In this document: positions 1 through 9,138 of the stretch, piece after piece
How the letters are laid out: each line of letters begins with the position of its first letter
How positions within the stretch are numbered: the stretch's first letter is position 1
Assembly: GCA_965140415.1 (NCBI GenBank)
Contig: OZ223209.1
Span: forward strand, 704,001-768,000
DNA length: 64,000 nucleotides
DNA from: Myxococcota bacterium
GTDB taxonomy: Bacteria > Myxococcota_A > SURF-8
Direction: 5' to 3'
The notes under the pieces: generated by a model
Databases searched by the model: none
Told to the model about the DNA's origin: nothing
What the model saw: only the letters and a program-made list of their open reading frames with translations
Translations under genes and position numbers: made by a program

Positions 1-2
1 AC

Positions 3-1865
3 TGGCCGTCCGGTACCGTGCTGGATGCCTGTGTCGATGGTTCCGGCGCGATCTGGTTTGCGGAAAAAGCCGGTCTGTTCCGGTTGCCCGTAGCCGAAGA
101 TGAAAACGAACCCGCCATCCAGCAAGCCGAAACGGAAGAAATCTTTACCGCCGGACGCGACGTGTTGCAGCTTATGTGTCTGCATGCAGGCGGTGGCGTG
201 TGGGTTTCCACCACTTTCGGTTTCCTGGAAGTTGTACCGGGCGAGGCAGGAGACGATCCCTCCGCATGGACCATCACCGATCATCGCGACGAAGGTAGCG
301 TACTTTCTCAACGTCCGCATTTCGCATCGTTGGATAGCGCCGACCGCTTGTGGGCCACGGTGTATGATGTCGATACCTACAAGCTGTTCGTCGATGTAGA
401 TGGTACGGTTTCGGAAATCGCGTTTGGTTTTGCCGATCCGGCTCCCACCGCGCTGGTGGCGGACGGCGATCAGGGCGTGTGGGTGATGAGCGGCGAAGAC
501 GCCTGGTATTTCTCGCATAATGGTACACCGGCGGATGCTTCCGACGATAGCTGGACCCAGCTTCCGGCTACGGGCGGCATCGAAGCGCATACTCTTATTC
601 CCATTGGCTCGGGTCGAGCGCTGGTATATGCCGGAAACCTGCGCGACATGCATTTACTGGATACGCATGACACCGCTGCCGCCGATGACGATACCGTGGT
701 GCTGTTGCCGTCATTGGGCATGGACGATCAGAACCGCCTCGTTTCCGCCGTGGCGCTGGATGATGCGGGGCTGTGGTTTTCCAGTGAAGCCGACTTCGGT
801 CTGGCCGTATACGGAAACGATCTGGCCGCCGATGGCTGGACCTCTTCCCGCTTGATCGATCTTGGTTCCGCACCCGCCAATGACCTTGCAGGTTTCTCCG
901 CATCCGGCGATCAAGTCTATCTCGGTGGACCTAATGGCGTCGTTACTGCCGGTTTGGCTGAAGAAGGGACAGATGCTTTTACCTTTTCCGCTTCGACGCT
1001 TGCCATTCCCGATAAAGCCACACCGTTCCATATTCTGTCCATCGCAGCCGTTTCCGGCGGTTTGGTCGTAGGCGGGGATATGCTGGCTTATATGGACAGC
1101 AATGGCGCGTTTTCGACCTGGGAGGCCAAGTCGCCCTCCAGCGTTTCGCTGATCGTTCCCGGTCCTAACGATGTGCTGTGGCTGACTTCCACCTTGCAAT
1201 CCATCGTAACGGTGATTTCATTTGCCGTATACGATTTCAACGGGACTCCCAAAAACGGGATGGACGATGAAACGGAGAAAATCGATACCGAGTACTTCGG
1301 CTTCAACGCCGGAGTTTCCGCCGATACCATGGCCTTTTTCGATGGCTGCAAGGCGCTGATCGGAAATTCGCTCGGTCTGCACTATTACGACTGCAACGGC
1401 ACGGCGATCGATCCTTCCGACGACATCGCGGAGACAGGGCTTTTGGACGGGGCCAAGCTGATCAAGCAGATCGAACATATCGGTGAAGGCAAGTTCTGGG
1501 TGACAAACCTGCAAGGACTACATTACCTGGATATGAAACAAACCGCCGATCCTGCTGATGACACCGTCGTCGATTATGAGCATCCCGGACAAGCCGCCAG
1601 TTTCGCCGTGGACAGCCAGGGGCGACTTATAACCTTCATTACCGGTGGTTTGTTGGTGCGCGATCCGGTGGACACTCCCGCCGATCCTTCAGACGATCTT
1701 GGAGCGCTTTTCCCGATGGACTGGACGACGACCGCCGTCGTACGGGTGGATGCCCAGGACGGATGGTGGTTCGGCAAAGGCGATGGCTCCGGCATCTATT
1801 ACGGCGAACTCCTGGACGGCGACCTGTTGCCTATCGAGCAGGTACTGACCGAAACGGCTCAATAA
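3..1865 (+). CDS. 5'-truncated acidic beta-propeller-like protein with repeated DxxxT(P/A)xDxxDD loops
   Basis: Frame is open to the window edge. Propeller-like blades (DxxGxxW) and a recurring motif: HNGTPADASDD, DCNGTAIDPSDD, DMKQTADPADD, DPVDTPADPSDD. Confidence 0.7.
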   Translation, partial: WPSGTVLDACVDGSGAIWFAEKAGLFRLPVAEDENEPAIQQAETEEIFTAGRDVLQLMCLHAGGGVWVSTTFGFLEVVPGEAGDDPSAWTITDHRDEGSVLSQRPHFASLDSADRLWATVYDVDTYKLFVDVDGTVSEIAFGFADPAPTALVADGDQGVWVMSGEDAWYFSHNGTPADASDDSWTQLPATGGIEAHTLIPIGSGRALVYAGNLRDMHLLDTHDTAAADDDTVVLLPSLGMDDQNRLVSAVALDDAGLWFSSEADFGLAVYGNDLAADGWTSSRLIDLGSAPANDLAGFSASGDQVYLGGPNGVVTAGLAEEGTDAFTFSASTLAIPDKATPFHILSIAAVSGGLVVGGDMLAYMDSNGAFSTWEAKSPSSVSLIVPGPNDVLWLTSTLQSIVTVISFAVYDFNGTPKNGMDDETEKIDTEYFGFNAGVSADTMAFFDGCKALIGNSLGLHYYDCNGTAIDPSDDIAETGLLDGAKLIKQIEHIGEGKFWVTNLQGLHYLDMKQTADPADDTVVDYEHPGQAASFAVDSQGRLITFITGGLLVRDPVDTPADPSDDLGALFPMDWTTTAVVRVDAQDGWWFGKGDGSGIYYGELLDGDLLPIEQVLTETAQ

Positions 1866-1895
1866 CCATAACCACCTGACGAAATAGCGAAAAAC

Positions 1896-1925
1896 AGGAT
1901 CGGGATTGTGTCCCGGTCCTTTTTT
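1896..1925 (+). terminator. Rho-independent terminator
   Basis: AGGATCGGGA-ttgtg-TCCCGGTCCT hairpin followed by a T-run, 30 nt after the stop codon. Confidence 0.8.
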
Positions 1926-1972
1926 ATGTAGTCTTAAAAAAAATGAGAAGAGTCTATTTTATAGCGGGTGTA

Positions 1973-2129
1973 ACTCATTTCTGTTTATCACGCAATCGTG
2001 ATGTGGCATGGTCTCACGGAGTGGAAATTCCGGGAGGCCGTGTGTAACCTTAAACCCCACACAGCCTCCCCATCTTCGATGGTGAGACTATGCCACACGT
2101 TATTGAAATCATTGGCTAAGTATGATTAA
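1973..2129 (+). repeat. Family A structured intergenic repeat, copy 1 (most diverged doublet, GTGG feet)
   Basis: Aligns with copies at 2900, 15345, 38488 and 56062. Core TGTGGCATGGTCTCACGGAGTGGAAATTCCGGGAGGCCGTGTGT...CACACAGCCTCCCCATCTTCGATGGTGAGACTATGCCACA. Confidence 0.9.
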
Positions 2130-2177
2130 TTGGACCCCTAAAAGCCAAGCACTTAGTAAACGATAGGATCAACACGC

Positions 2178-2888
2178 ATGATTCCACTGCGAGACAACAT
2201 CCCCAGTCAGCGTTTCCCCTTTGTGAACTACTCGCTGATCGGAATCAATATTTTACTATACGTCTACATGTACTGGATCGTGGGGGATGCACAGGCGGAA
2301 GCATTGATGTTCGACTACGGTGTGGTGCCGCGACGGGTGATCTCCTGGGTACTGGGGGCGGATGTCGGTTGGGATATTTCGTTGTTGCCGTTGGTAAGCT
2401 ACATGTTCATCCACGGTGGTTTCCTGCATGTCGCGGGTAACTGTTTATATCTGTACATCTTCGGGGATAACGTTGAAGATTATTTCGGCCATATCGGGTA
2501 TGTGTTCTTTTATCTGCTGGCGGGTATCGGTTCTGCGTTTATTCATCTTGCCATTAACTGGGACAGCACCATGCCGACTGTCGGTGCCAGCGGGGCCATT
2601 GCCGGAATCATGGGAGCGTATTTTATCCTCTACCCGCATGCTAAAGTCGTCACCATCGTGCCGATTCTGATTTTCATTCAGATTATGGAGATCCCGGCAG
2701 TGATTTTCCTTGGATTCTGGGTGTTTCTACAGTTCATTTCGCTGGGCGGGCAGGGCGTCGCATGGTGGGCGCACATCGGAGGCTTTTTCGTCGGCATTTT
2801 ACTGCTGCAACTCTACAACCGTTTCTTTCGCTTCAAGCCGCCCCGACCCCCTTCGGGTGGACCGCGCAAGGTGATTCATATCAATTAG
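2178..2888 (+). CDS. Rhomboid family intramembrane serine protease
   Basis: MIPLRD N-terminus, HGGFLH-xxGN, catalytic GASG and AWWAHIGG motifs, multiple TM segments. Confidence 0.93.
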   Translation: MIPLRDNIPSQRFPFVNYSLIGINILLYVYMYWIVGDAQAEALMFDYGVVPRRVISWVLGADVGWDISLLPLVSYMFIHGGFLHVAGNCLYLYIFGDNVEDYFGHIGYVFFYLLAGIGSAFIHLAINWDSTMPTVGASGAIAGIMGAYFILYPHAKVVTIVPILIFIQIMEIPAVIFLGFWVFLQFISLGGQGVAWWAHIGGFFVGILLLQLYNRFFRFKPPRPPSGGPRKVIHIN

Positions 2889-2899
2889 AGTTAGGTAAT

Positions 2900-3067
2900 A
2901 CTCATTTCTGTCCATCGAGAACTCACGATGTGCCATGGTCTCACGGAATGGAAATTCCGGGAGGCCGTGTGTAACCACAAGAAATAACACAGCCTTCCAC
3001 GATCTTCGATCGCGTAAGACTATGGCACACATTCTTAAAATTAGTGGCTAAAAATGATTAAGAACCG
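2900..3067 (+). repeat. Family A repeat, copy 2 (doublet)
   Basis: TGTGCCATGGTCTCACGGAATGGAAATTCCGGGAGGCCGTGTGT-N-ACACAGCCTTCCACGATCTTCGATCGCGTAAGACTATGGCACA, located between convergent genes. Confidence 0.95.
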
Positions 3068-3079
3068 CTCTAGACTCTG

Positions 3080-3832
3080 CTAAACCCTCTGCTGCATGGA
3101 TTCGGTGGCTTCCGCCTGCATGTCCATGACCGGTTGCAGGGCGAAAAGTTGTTCCATTTCTTGTTGATATTGTAGCATCAAGCTCTCTGCCGTACTATCC
3201 GGTAGCACGTAAATCGGATTACCGAAGCGTACTTCCACCTCGCCGGAACGAATGGCCAGGCTGCCTTTGGGCATCAGTTTCTGGCTGCCGACAATCGCTA
3301 CTGGCTGGATTGCACGACCGGAAAGCAGCGCCATATGGAAACCACCTTTTTTAATCGGAGCCAGCCGTTTGCCTTCCAGGTCGGAACGGGTGCCCTCCGG
3401 GAAGATCATGAAGTTCATGTTCGGTGCGATCTGGGAGATGGCGTCGTTCAAGATTTCCTGAGCTTGCTTGGCGTTTCTGCGGCTGATGAAAACCATGCCG
3501 ACCATGATCATACTCCAACCCAGGAACGGAATTTTCCCCAATATTCTTTTTGAAATGAATGCAAGCCCAGCCGGAATGGCGGTCATCAGAATTGGGATGT
3601 CGGCCTGTGAAAGATGATTGCTCATGTAAATCACCGGTTGGTCGAAATCGACTTTTTCCCGGTTTTGAACGTGAATTTTAACCATGAACAGCGCAATCAA
3701 TGTGCGCGCCCAAAACCGAACCATGATATACGCCCGGCGTTTGCTACGGCCAAAAAGACCGAACAGATAGACACAGGGTGTTAGAATAATAGTGACCATG
3801 CATAAAATAAACAGGCTGTATATCGCTCGCAT
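3080..3832 (-). CDS. plsC: 1-acyl-sn-glycerol-3-phosphate acyltransferase (lysophospholipid acyltransferase family)
   Basis: NHLSQAD (NHxxxxD) and FPEGTRS motifs. Start moved to ATG 3832, which has a GGAG RBS. Confidence 0.88.
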   Translation of the reverse strand: MRAIYSLFILCMVTIILTPCVYLFGLFGRSKRRAYIMVRFWARTLIALFMVKIHVQNREKVDFDQPVIYMSNHLSQADIPILMTAIPAGLAFISKRILGKIPFLGWSMIMVGMVFISRRNAKQAQEILNDAISQIAPNMNFMIFPEGTRSDLEGKRLAPIKKGGFHMALLSGRAIQPVAIVGSQKLMPKGSLAIRSGEVEVRFGNPIYVLPDSTAESLMLQYQQEMEQLFALQPVMDMQAEATESMQQRV

Positions 3833-3992
3833 GACAGGACTCCAAATTAGTAATGGTTGTTTGAATTGCAGAGATTCGGAGCCTCGAAATATCTGTAACC
3901 GGTGTCTCGACAATCCATCGCGCATATCAGCTGTAAGGATTCGACAGTCCCTTCGGTTGAAAGCGCAAAGCGAACCCGAGGACTGACATGTC

Positions 3993-4020
3993 AGTCTATC
4001 TATTTGTAGATACATGTCAA
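3993..4020 (-). promoter_or_regulatory. sigma70-type promoter for plsC
   Basis: Minus strand TTGACA-N16-TAGACT. Adjoins the palindrome CTGACATGTCAG (3983-3994). Confidence 0.55.
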
Positions 4021-4104
4021 GTTAGGAATTGTTGCGGATTGAAGAGTCAAAGAGTTGGCGACTTTCTCCTGCTGTGATTGCACAGTCATAGAGCTACAAT
4101 TTCA

Positions 4105-4132
4105 TTGACAATTTATGTCTCAATGCTATATT
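4105..4132 (+). promoter_or_regulatory. sigma70-type promoter (divergent), ~350 nt upstream of the AgmX-like gene
   Basis: TTGACA-N16-TATATT with a TG extension. Confidence 0.55.
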
Positions 4133-4478
4133 GATGGCCTTTTTTAGGGTTTGTTGTTGCGAGAACGAGGCCGTATCGAGCTGGAGCGAACTACAGTCGT
4201 TGTGAATCACAACGGCGAAAATGATTTTCAATGAACCCGTAGAATCTCAACAGGGCAGGGCTGATTTTATTCGAGCACGAGGATGGCCAAGGCCAATCGC
4301 GGCTCGATCGTTATTGATAGCTGTATCTCAAACGGATACAATAGGCGCATTCTCCGGCGCTATTCAGGTTGATGAAACCACGCGCCGGGAGACGACTGTA
4401 GAGCGTCGCAGTTCCGATGGGCTGCTGGATGCTCGTGCAGTTAACCTTTAGTAGTAACCATGAAGGAACGAGCTGGAA

Positions 4479-6491
4479 ATGATTTTCGGGTGCCCGAATT
4501 GTAATGCAGACTGCCCCATACCGGATGACAAAATTCGCAACCGCATACTGAAGGTCCGCTGTCGGCACTGCCATCACATTTTCTATGTCAAAGATCCCGA
4601 ACTCGATAAAAGAGTTACAGCCAGCGTGCAAGCGCCGCCGCCGCCGGACGATGACGATGTGTGGTTCTATGCGGCAGGAGATCAATCCGCCGGTCCCGTT
4701 TCGGTTGGCTCGATGCGCATTCTTATCGAAAGCGCGCAGATTCTTTCTTCCACACTTGTCTGGCGTGAAGGTATGGAAGCCTGGACGCCGCTAGCCGATG
4801 TCCCGGAACTAACCGCCATTCTACAGGCGATTGCCTCGCCGCCACCTCCCGCCGATGCCCCGGTCGCTCCCGGTTTGGAAGATATGGAACCCTCGGAAAA
4901 GGCGGTGGAAATCCAGGAAGAAGTCGATCCACTGGCCTTGATGGAACAGGAAGCGGACAGCGACATTTCCGTAGATCTGGATCAGGAAACATCCTCGGAT
5001 TCCGATGCGGAAGATGAAGAAATCGAGCTGGAAGCGGACGAGATCGAGTTCGAAGAGGATGCGGGCGGCGAAATCGACGATACCGTAAAGGCGCTGATGG
5101 AAGAAGAAGAGCGCCTGCAACAGGAACGCGAGAAGAAACGAGAGCAGTTCGCCAAGCGTAAAGAGGAAGAAGAGAAGGCGAGCAAGGCCGAAGAAGAAGC
5201 CAAGCGCAAAGAGGAAGAAGAGAAAGCTCGCAAGGCCGAAGAAGAGGCCAAGCGCAAAGCGGAAGAAGAGAAAGCTCGTAAGGCCGAAGAAGAGGCCAAG
5301 CACAAAGCGGAAGAAGAGAAAGCTCGCAAGGCCGAAGAAGAAGCCAAGCGCAAAGCGGAAGAAGAGAAAACCCGCGAGGCCGAAGAAGAAGCCAAGCGCA
5401 AAGAGGAAGAAGAGAAAGCCCGCGAGGTCGAAGAAGAGGCCAAGCGCAAGGCGGAAGAAGAGAAAGCCCGCAAGGCCGAAAAAAAGGCCAAGCGCAAGGC
5501 TGAAGAGGAAGAAAAGCGCCTGGATGCAGAACGGCGCAAGCTGGATGAAGAACGCAAAGCGCTGGAAGCGGAAAAGAAGCGCCTGGAAGAAGAACGTAAA
5601 GCCGCGAAAGCCGAGAAAAAGACAGAAGAAGCCGGCGGAGTTTTCGTTGCGGCAGGGAAATCGGTTGAAACCGCCGTTGAAGAGGCAAAGCTGGCCGAAC
5701 GCCGCCGCCTGGAAGAAGAGAAAAAGGCGGGAATGCCAATGGGCAAACTCGCTGTGGCCGTTTTGGTTCTGATCGGACTCGGAATCGGGTTCCTGCTGAT
5801 ATTCGAGAGCAACAAGGTAGAGCAGCCGCAGCCGTCCCCGGGCGGTCATGCGTTGCTTGAAGAGACGACGACGGATGCCAACCTGTTCATCCCGGAACAG
5901 AATCTGCCTGCGGAAGAGGGTGAAACACCTCCACCGGCGGAAGAAGTCGCCGATGAGACGGAACCCAAGTCCGAAAAGCAGGATCGCAAAGTGGCGGAGC
6001 AGATGAAGGAACTGGATTCCGAAATCCACGCCATGCGCAATGCGTTGGGAAAAAAGAAGGCCTCGCCCGCAGCGAAGTCGAAAAACGGCAAAAATGCCGA
6101 AACCAAGGCCGTGGCAGTGCCGTCTACGCCATCCGGCAGTTCCATGGCGATGCCGCCCGTTCCAAGCGCTAATGACGCTTTCCCCGAGGCCCTGCTACCC
6201 TCGACACTGAGCCAGAGCCAGATCAGCAGTGTAGTCAACCGGAATCTGGCGCGCATCAAATTCTGCTACGATTCGCAACTGCGTCGCAACCCGAATTTGA
6301 CGGGCAAAGTCATCGTGAATTTCACCGTGGAAGGTTCCGGCAAGGTCAGTTCGGTTGCCGTCAAGTCACGACGATTCCGTGGATCCTACCTGGACACTTG
6401 TGTGACCGGTGCGATCCGAAGCTGGCGTTTCCCGCGTTTTTCCGGCGATCCGGTCAGCGTGGACTATCCGTTTATATTCAGCGCTTTTTAA
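4479..6491 (+). CDS. AgmX/GltJ-like protein: zinc ribbon + GYF_2 + acidic/charged helical stalk + TM + AgmX/PglI (TonB-C-like) C-terminal domain
   Basis: CPNC..CRHC zinc ribbon; WF..GPV..LVWREGMEAW GYF_2 signature; single TM; C-terminal IKFCYDSQL..GKV.VNFTV..G.V..C...IRSWRFP..YPFIF. Confidence 0.8.
   Translation: MIFGCPNCNADCPIPDDKIRNRILKVRCRHCHHIFYVKDPELDKRVTASVQAPPPPDDDDVWFYAAGDQSAGPVSVGSMRILIESAQILSSTLVWREGMEAWTPLADVPELTAILQAIASPPPPADAPVAPGLEDMEPSEKAVEIQEEVDPLALMEQEADSDISVDLDQETSSDSDAEDEEIELEADEIEFEEDAGGEIDDTVKALMEEEERLQQEREKKREQFAKRKEEEEKASKAEEEAKRKEEEEKARKAEEEAKRKAEEEKARKAEEEAKHKAEEEKARKAEEEAKRKAEEEKTREAEEEAKRKEEEEKAREVEEEAKRKAEEEKARKAEKKAKRKAEEEEKRLDAERRKLDEERKALEAEKKRLEEERKAAKAEKKTEEAGGVFVAAGKSVETAVEEAKLAERRRLEEEKKAGMPMGKLAVAVLVLIGLGIGFLLIFESNKVEQPQPSPGGHALLEETTTDANLFIPEQNLPAEEGETPPPAEEVADETEPKSEKQDRKVAEQMKELDSEIHAMRNALGKKKASPAAKSKNGKNAETKAVAVPSTPSGSSMAMPPVPSANDAFPEALLPSTLSQSQISSVVNRNLARIKFCYDSQLRRNPNLTGKVIVNFTVEGSGKVSSVAVKSRRFRGSYLDTCVTGAIRSWRFPRFSGDPVSVDYPFIFSAF
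5151..5516 (+). repeat. Intragenic 48-nt tandem repeat, ~7.5 copies (AKRK(A/E)EEEKARKAEEE)
   Basis: gccaagcg/gccaagca recurs every 48 nt from 5151 to 5487. Confidence 0.9.
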
Positions 6492-6628
6492 AATTCGAAT
6501 CGACGTTTTTGAGCCTATTTCATCGGGACGACCATGTATGATCGAGCGGTGCGAAGCAACGACGCCATACACAAGCAATCGGACCTCAGGCAATTGTTCC
6601 GGTAGAAACAGGTTGTTATAGTAACCCG

Positions 6629-6712
6629 TAATCATTTCTGGTCACGGATTCGAAGGTTTTGTGCCATAGTCTCACGCGAAAGAAGATCGTGGAAGGCTGT
6701 GTGTCTTCAATA
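6629..6712 (-). repeat. Family A repeat, copy 3 (single monomer only)
   Basis: TAATCATTTCTGGTCAC...TGTGCCATAGTCTCACGCG..GATCGTGGAAGGCTGTGTGT is the reverse complement of the right half of the doublets. Confidence 0.88.
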
Positions 6713-6777
6713 GTAGCGGCGAGGCGTGAGCCCGCCGAAAAAAAACTATAATGACCGCAACCCAGGGAGGAAAGACC

Positions 6778-7587
6778 ATGAGCGAAATCCTTTCCGAGCA
6801 AGTATTGGAACGAATCGAAGATCTGTGCAGACAACTGGGCGAAAGCCTGGGTATCGATCCGGACAGCGTTCCCGCCTACGAGCTTCGCCACAAAGACTTT
6901 TTTCCCGAAGTTTCCGTCGATGCCATGCAGCGCATCCTGTCCGGCGATGGAGCCGCACTGACCCAGACCATCGACCATACCCTGCTTAAAGCCGAAGCTC
7001 AGAAAGAGCAGGTCAACCTGCTATGTGCTGAAGCCATCGAGCATCAATTCCGCGCAGTCTGCGTCAACGGCGGCTATATCGCCAGAGCCAGTTCCTTGCT
7101 GGTTAATACCGATGTCCAACTGGCGGCGGTGGTCGGTTTCCCGCTGGGACAGATGACGAGCGAGGCCAAGGCGTTCGAAAGCAAGCTGGCGGTGGAAGAA
7201 GGTGCCAGTGAAATCGATATGGTGATCAATATTGGTTGGTTGAAGGACGGTCATTTTCGCGAGGTGTTTGACGACATCAGCCAGGTGGTGCGCGCCGCAG
7301 CGGTGCCGGTGAAGGTGATTATCGAGACGGCGCTTTTAACCGAAGACGAAAAAATCATCGCCTGCCTGCTCAGTCACTTCGCCGGGGCGGCATTCGTAAA
7401 AACGTCCACCGGCTTTTCCACCGGCGGGGCGACGGTCGAAGATGTCGCGTTGATGCGCGCCGTGGTTGGAGAGAATCTCGGAGTCAAGGCCAGCGGCGGT
7501 ATCAAAACCTATAAAGACGCCCTGGCGATGCTGAAAGCCGGAGCTAACCGCATCGGTACTTCCTCCGGCATCCAGATCATCGGCTAA
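6778..7587 (+). CDS. deoC: Deoxyribose-phosphate aldolase
   Basis: IDHTLLK, VVGFPLG, EIDMVIN, FVKTSTGF, VKASGGI, RIGTSSG motifs. GGAGG RBS before ATG 6778. Confidence 0.97.
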   Translation: MSEILSEQVLERIEDLCRQLGESLGIDPDSVPAYELRHKDFFPEVSVDAMQRILSGDGAALTQTIDHTLLKAEAQKEQVNLLCAEAIEHQFRAVCVNGGYIARASSLLVNTDVQLAAVVGFPLGQMTSEAKAFESKLAVEEGASEIDMVINIGWLKDGHFREVFDDISQVVRAAAVPVKVIIETALLTEDEKIIACLLSHFAGAAFVKTSTGFSTGGATVEDVALMRAVVGENLGVKASGGIKTYKDALAMLKAGANRIGTSSGIQIIG

Positions 7588-7596
7588 GCGCCGAAG

Positions 7597-9138
7597 ATGA
7601 AACACCATAACTCGAACAAACCGGGAATCGCCGTGAGATTCGGCGACTTTGCCCTTGTCATCTGGATCGTGCTGTTGATCGCCGGAATGATTTCGCCCGG
7701 CTTTGCGCAGGACGAGCTTCTACCTTCGGCGGATTCCACTGCGGCGGTGCAGCAGCAAGCGCCGTCGGCTCAGACTTTGCAGCAGCATTTGAACGACCGT
7801 CGTGAGAACGACACCACCGACTGGGGGGCGCGGCTGATCAGCCTTTTGGGAATGGTGGTGTTACTCGGTCTCGCCTGGTTGCTGTCGGAAGACAAACGCA
7901 AAATTCCCTGGAAACTGGTAGCCTGGGGGATGGGGCTGCAATTGATCTTTGCGCTGCTGATTCTTAAAACCGTTCCCGGTCAGTGGTTTTTCCAGCAACT
8001 GACGGACGCCGTCAATGTGATTCTAGGTTTCACTGAAGAAGGTGCGCGCTTTATTTTCGGCGGTTTGGTGGCCAATAACGTTCCGGTTGGCACACCGCTG
8101 GGCGATCCTTCAATGGGGCCGGTGCCCGCCGAGGGAGCGACTCAGTTTGCGCACATCGGTGCGTATTTCGCCTTTTTCGTATTGCCCACAATCATCTTTT
8201 TCAGTTCGCTGATGAGCTTGCTCTACCATCTGGGCATTATGCAGGCTTTCGTCAAGGCGGTTGCCTGGGTGATGCAGCGAACCATGAAAACCAGTGGCGC
8301 AGAAACGTTAAGTGTTGCAGCCAATATTTTTGTAGGCCAGACCGAAGCGCCACTGATGATCCGCCCTTACGTCAACAAGATGACCCAGTCGGAATTGATG
8401 GCGGTGATGACCGGTGGTTTCGCTACCATCGCCGGTGGTGTGATGGCCGCCTACGTCGGTATGCTGCGTCACGTTTTTCCCGATATTGCCGGGCATCTGA
8501 TCGCAGCCAGCGTCATGAGCGCTCCGGCGGCGTTGGTGGTCGCTAAAATAATGATCCCCGAACGCGAGCAGTCGATGACTACCGGCACCGTTCGGCTTAA
8601 GGTGGAAAAAGACACCGTCAATGTGGTGGATGCCGCCGCGCAGGGTGCGTCGGTCGGTTTGAAACTGGCTTTGAATGTCGGCGCCATGTTGCTGGCGTTT
8701 ATCAGCCTGTTGGCAATGGCCAATTATCTGGTTGGTGCGGCTGCTGGCTGGTTCGGCGCGGAAAACGTAACCTTGCAATTACTGATGGGTTATCTGTACT
8801 GGCCGATTGCCTGGGTAATGGGCATCCCGTCCGGTGAATGTTTGCTGGCCGGGCAACTGCTGGCCGAGCGAGTGGTGCTCAATGAATTCGTCAGTTACTT
8901 GCACTTGTCTTCGATCTTAACGACAGACGGAAGCGGTCTGTCCTATCGCAGCATGGTCATTTTGATTTACGCCTTGTGCGGTTTCGCCAACTTCGGTTCC
9001 ATCGCCATTCAACTGGGCGGCATCGGCGGGATTGCACCCGACCGGCGAAAGGATCTGGCTCGCGTCGGCATGCGCGCCATGATCGCGGGATTGATCGCCA
9101 CTCACATGACAGCCACCATCGCGGGGATTCTTTTATGA
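7597..9138 (+). CDS. nupC: Concentrative nucleoside transporter (NupC/CNT family)
   Basis: FVLPTIIFFS, NIFVGQTEAP, GFATIAG, NEFVSY, CGFANFGS motifs. Confidence 0.93.
   Translation: MKHHNSNKPGIAVRFGDFALVIWIVLLIAGMISPGFAQDELLPSADSTAAVQQQAPSAQTLQQHLNDRRENDTTDWGARLISLLGMVVLLGLAWLLSEDKRKIPWKLVAWGMGLQLIFALLILKTVPGQWFFQQLTDAVNVILGFTEEGARFIFGGLVANNVPVGTPLGDPSMGPVPAEGATQFAHIGAYFAFFVLPTIIFFSSLMSLLYHLGIMQAFVKAVAWVMQRTMKTSGAETLSVAANIFVGQTEAPLMIRPYVNKMTQSELMAVMTGGFATIAGGVMAAYVGMLRHVFPDIAGHLIAASVMSAPAALVVAKIMIPEREQSMTTGTVRLKVEKDTVNVVDAAAQGASVGLKLALNVGAMLLAFISLLAMANYLVGAAAGWFGAENVTLQLLMGYLYWPIAWVMGIPSGECLLAGQLLAERVVLNEFVSYLHLSSILTTDGSGLSYRSMVILIYALCGFANFGSIAIQLGGIGGIAPDRRKDLARVGMRAMIAGLIATHMTATIAGILL

Noticed and set aside
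2762-3032. Short ORFs containing HDVPWSHGMEIPGGRV or TQPSTIF..VRLWH (also at 38443 and 6616)
   Set aside because: These are translations of the repeat. Starts, stops and frames differ between copies.
4723-6029. Long antisense ORFs (338, 402, 277 aa)
   Set aside because: Shadow frames of the low-complexity E/K repeat in the + strand gene.
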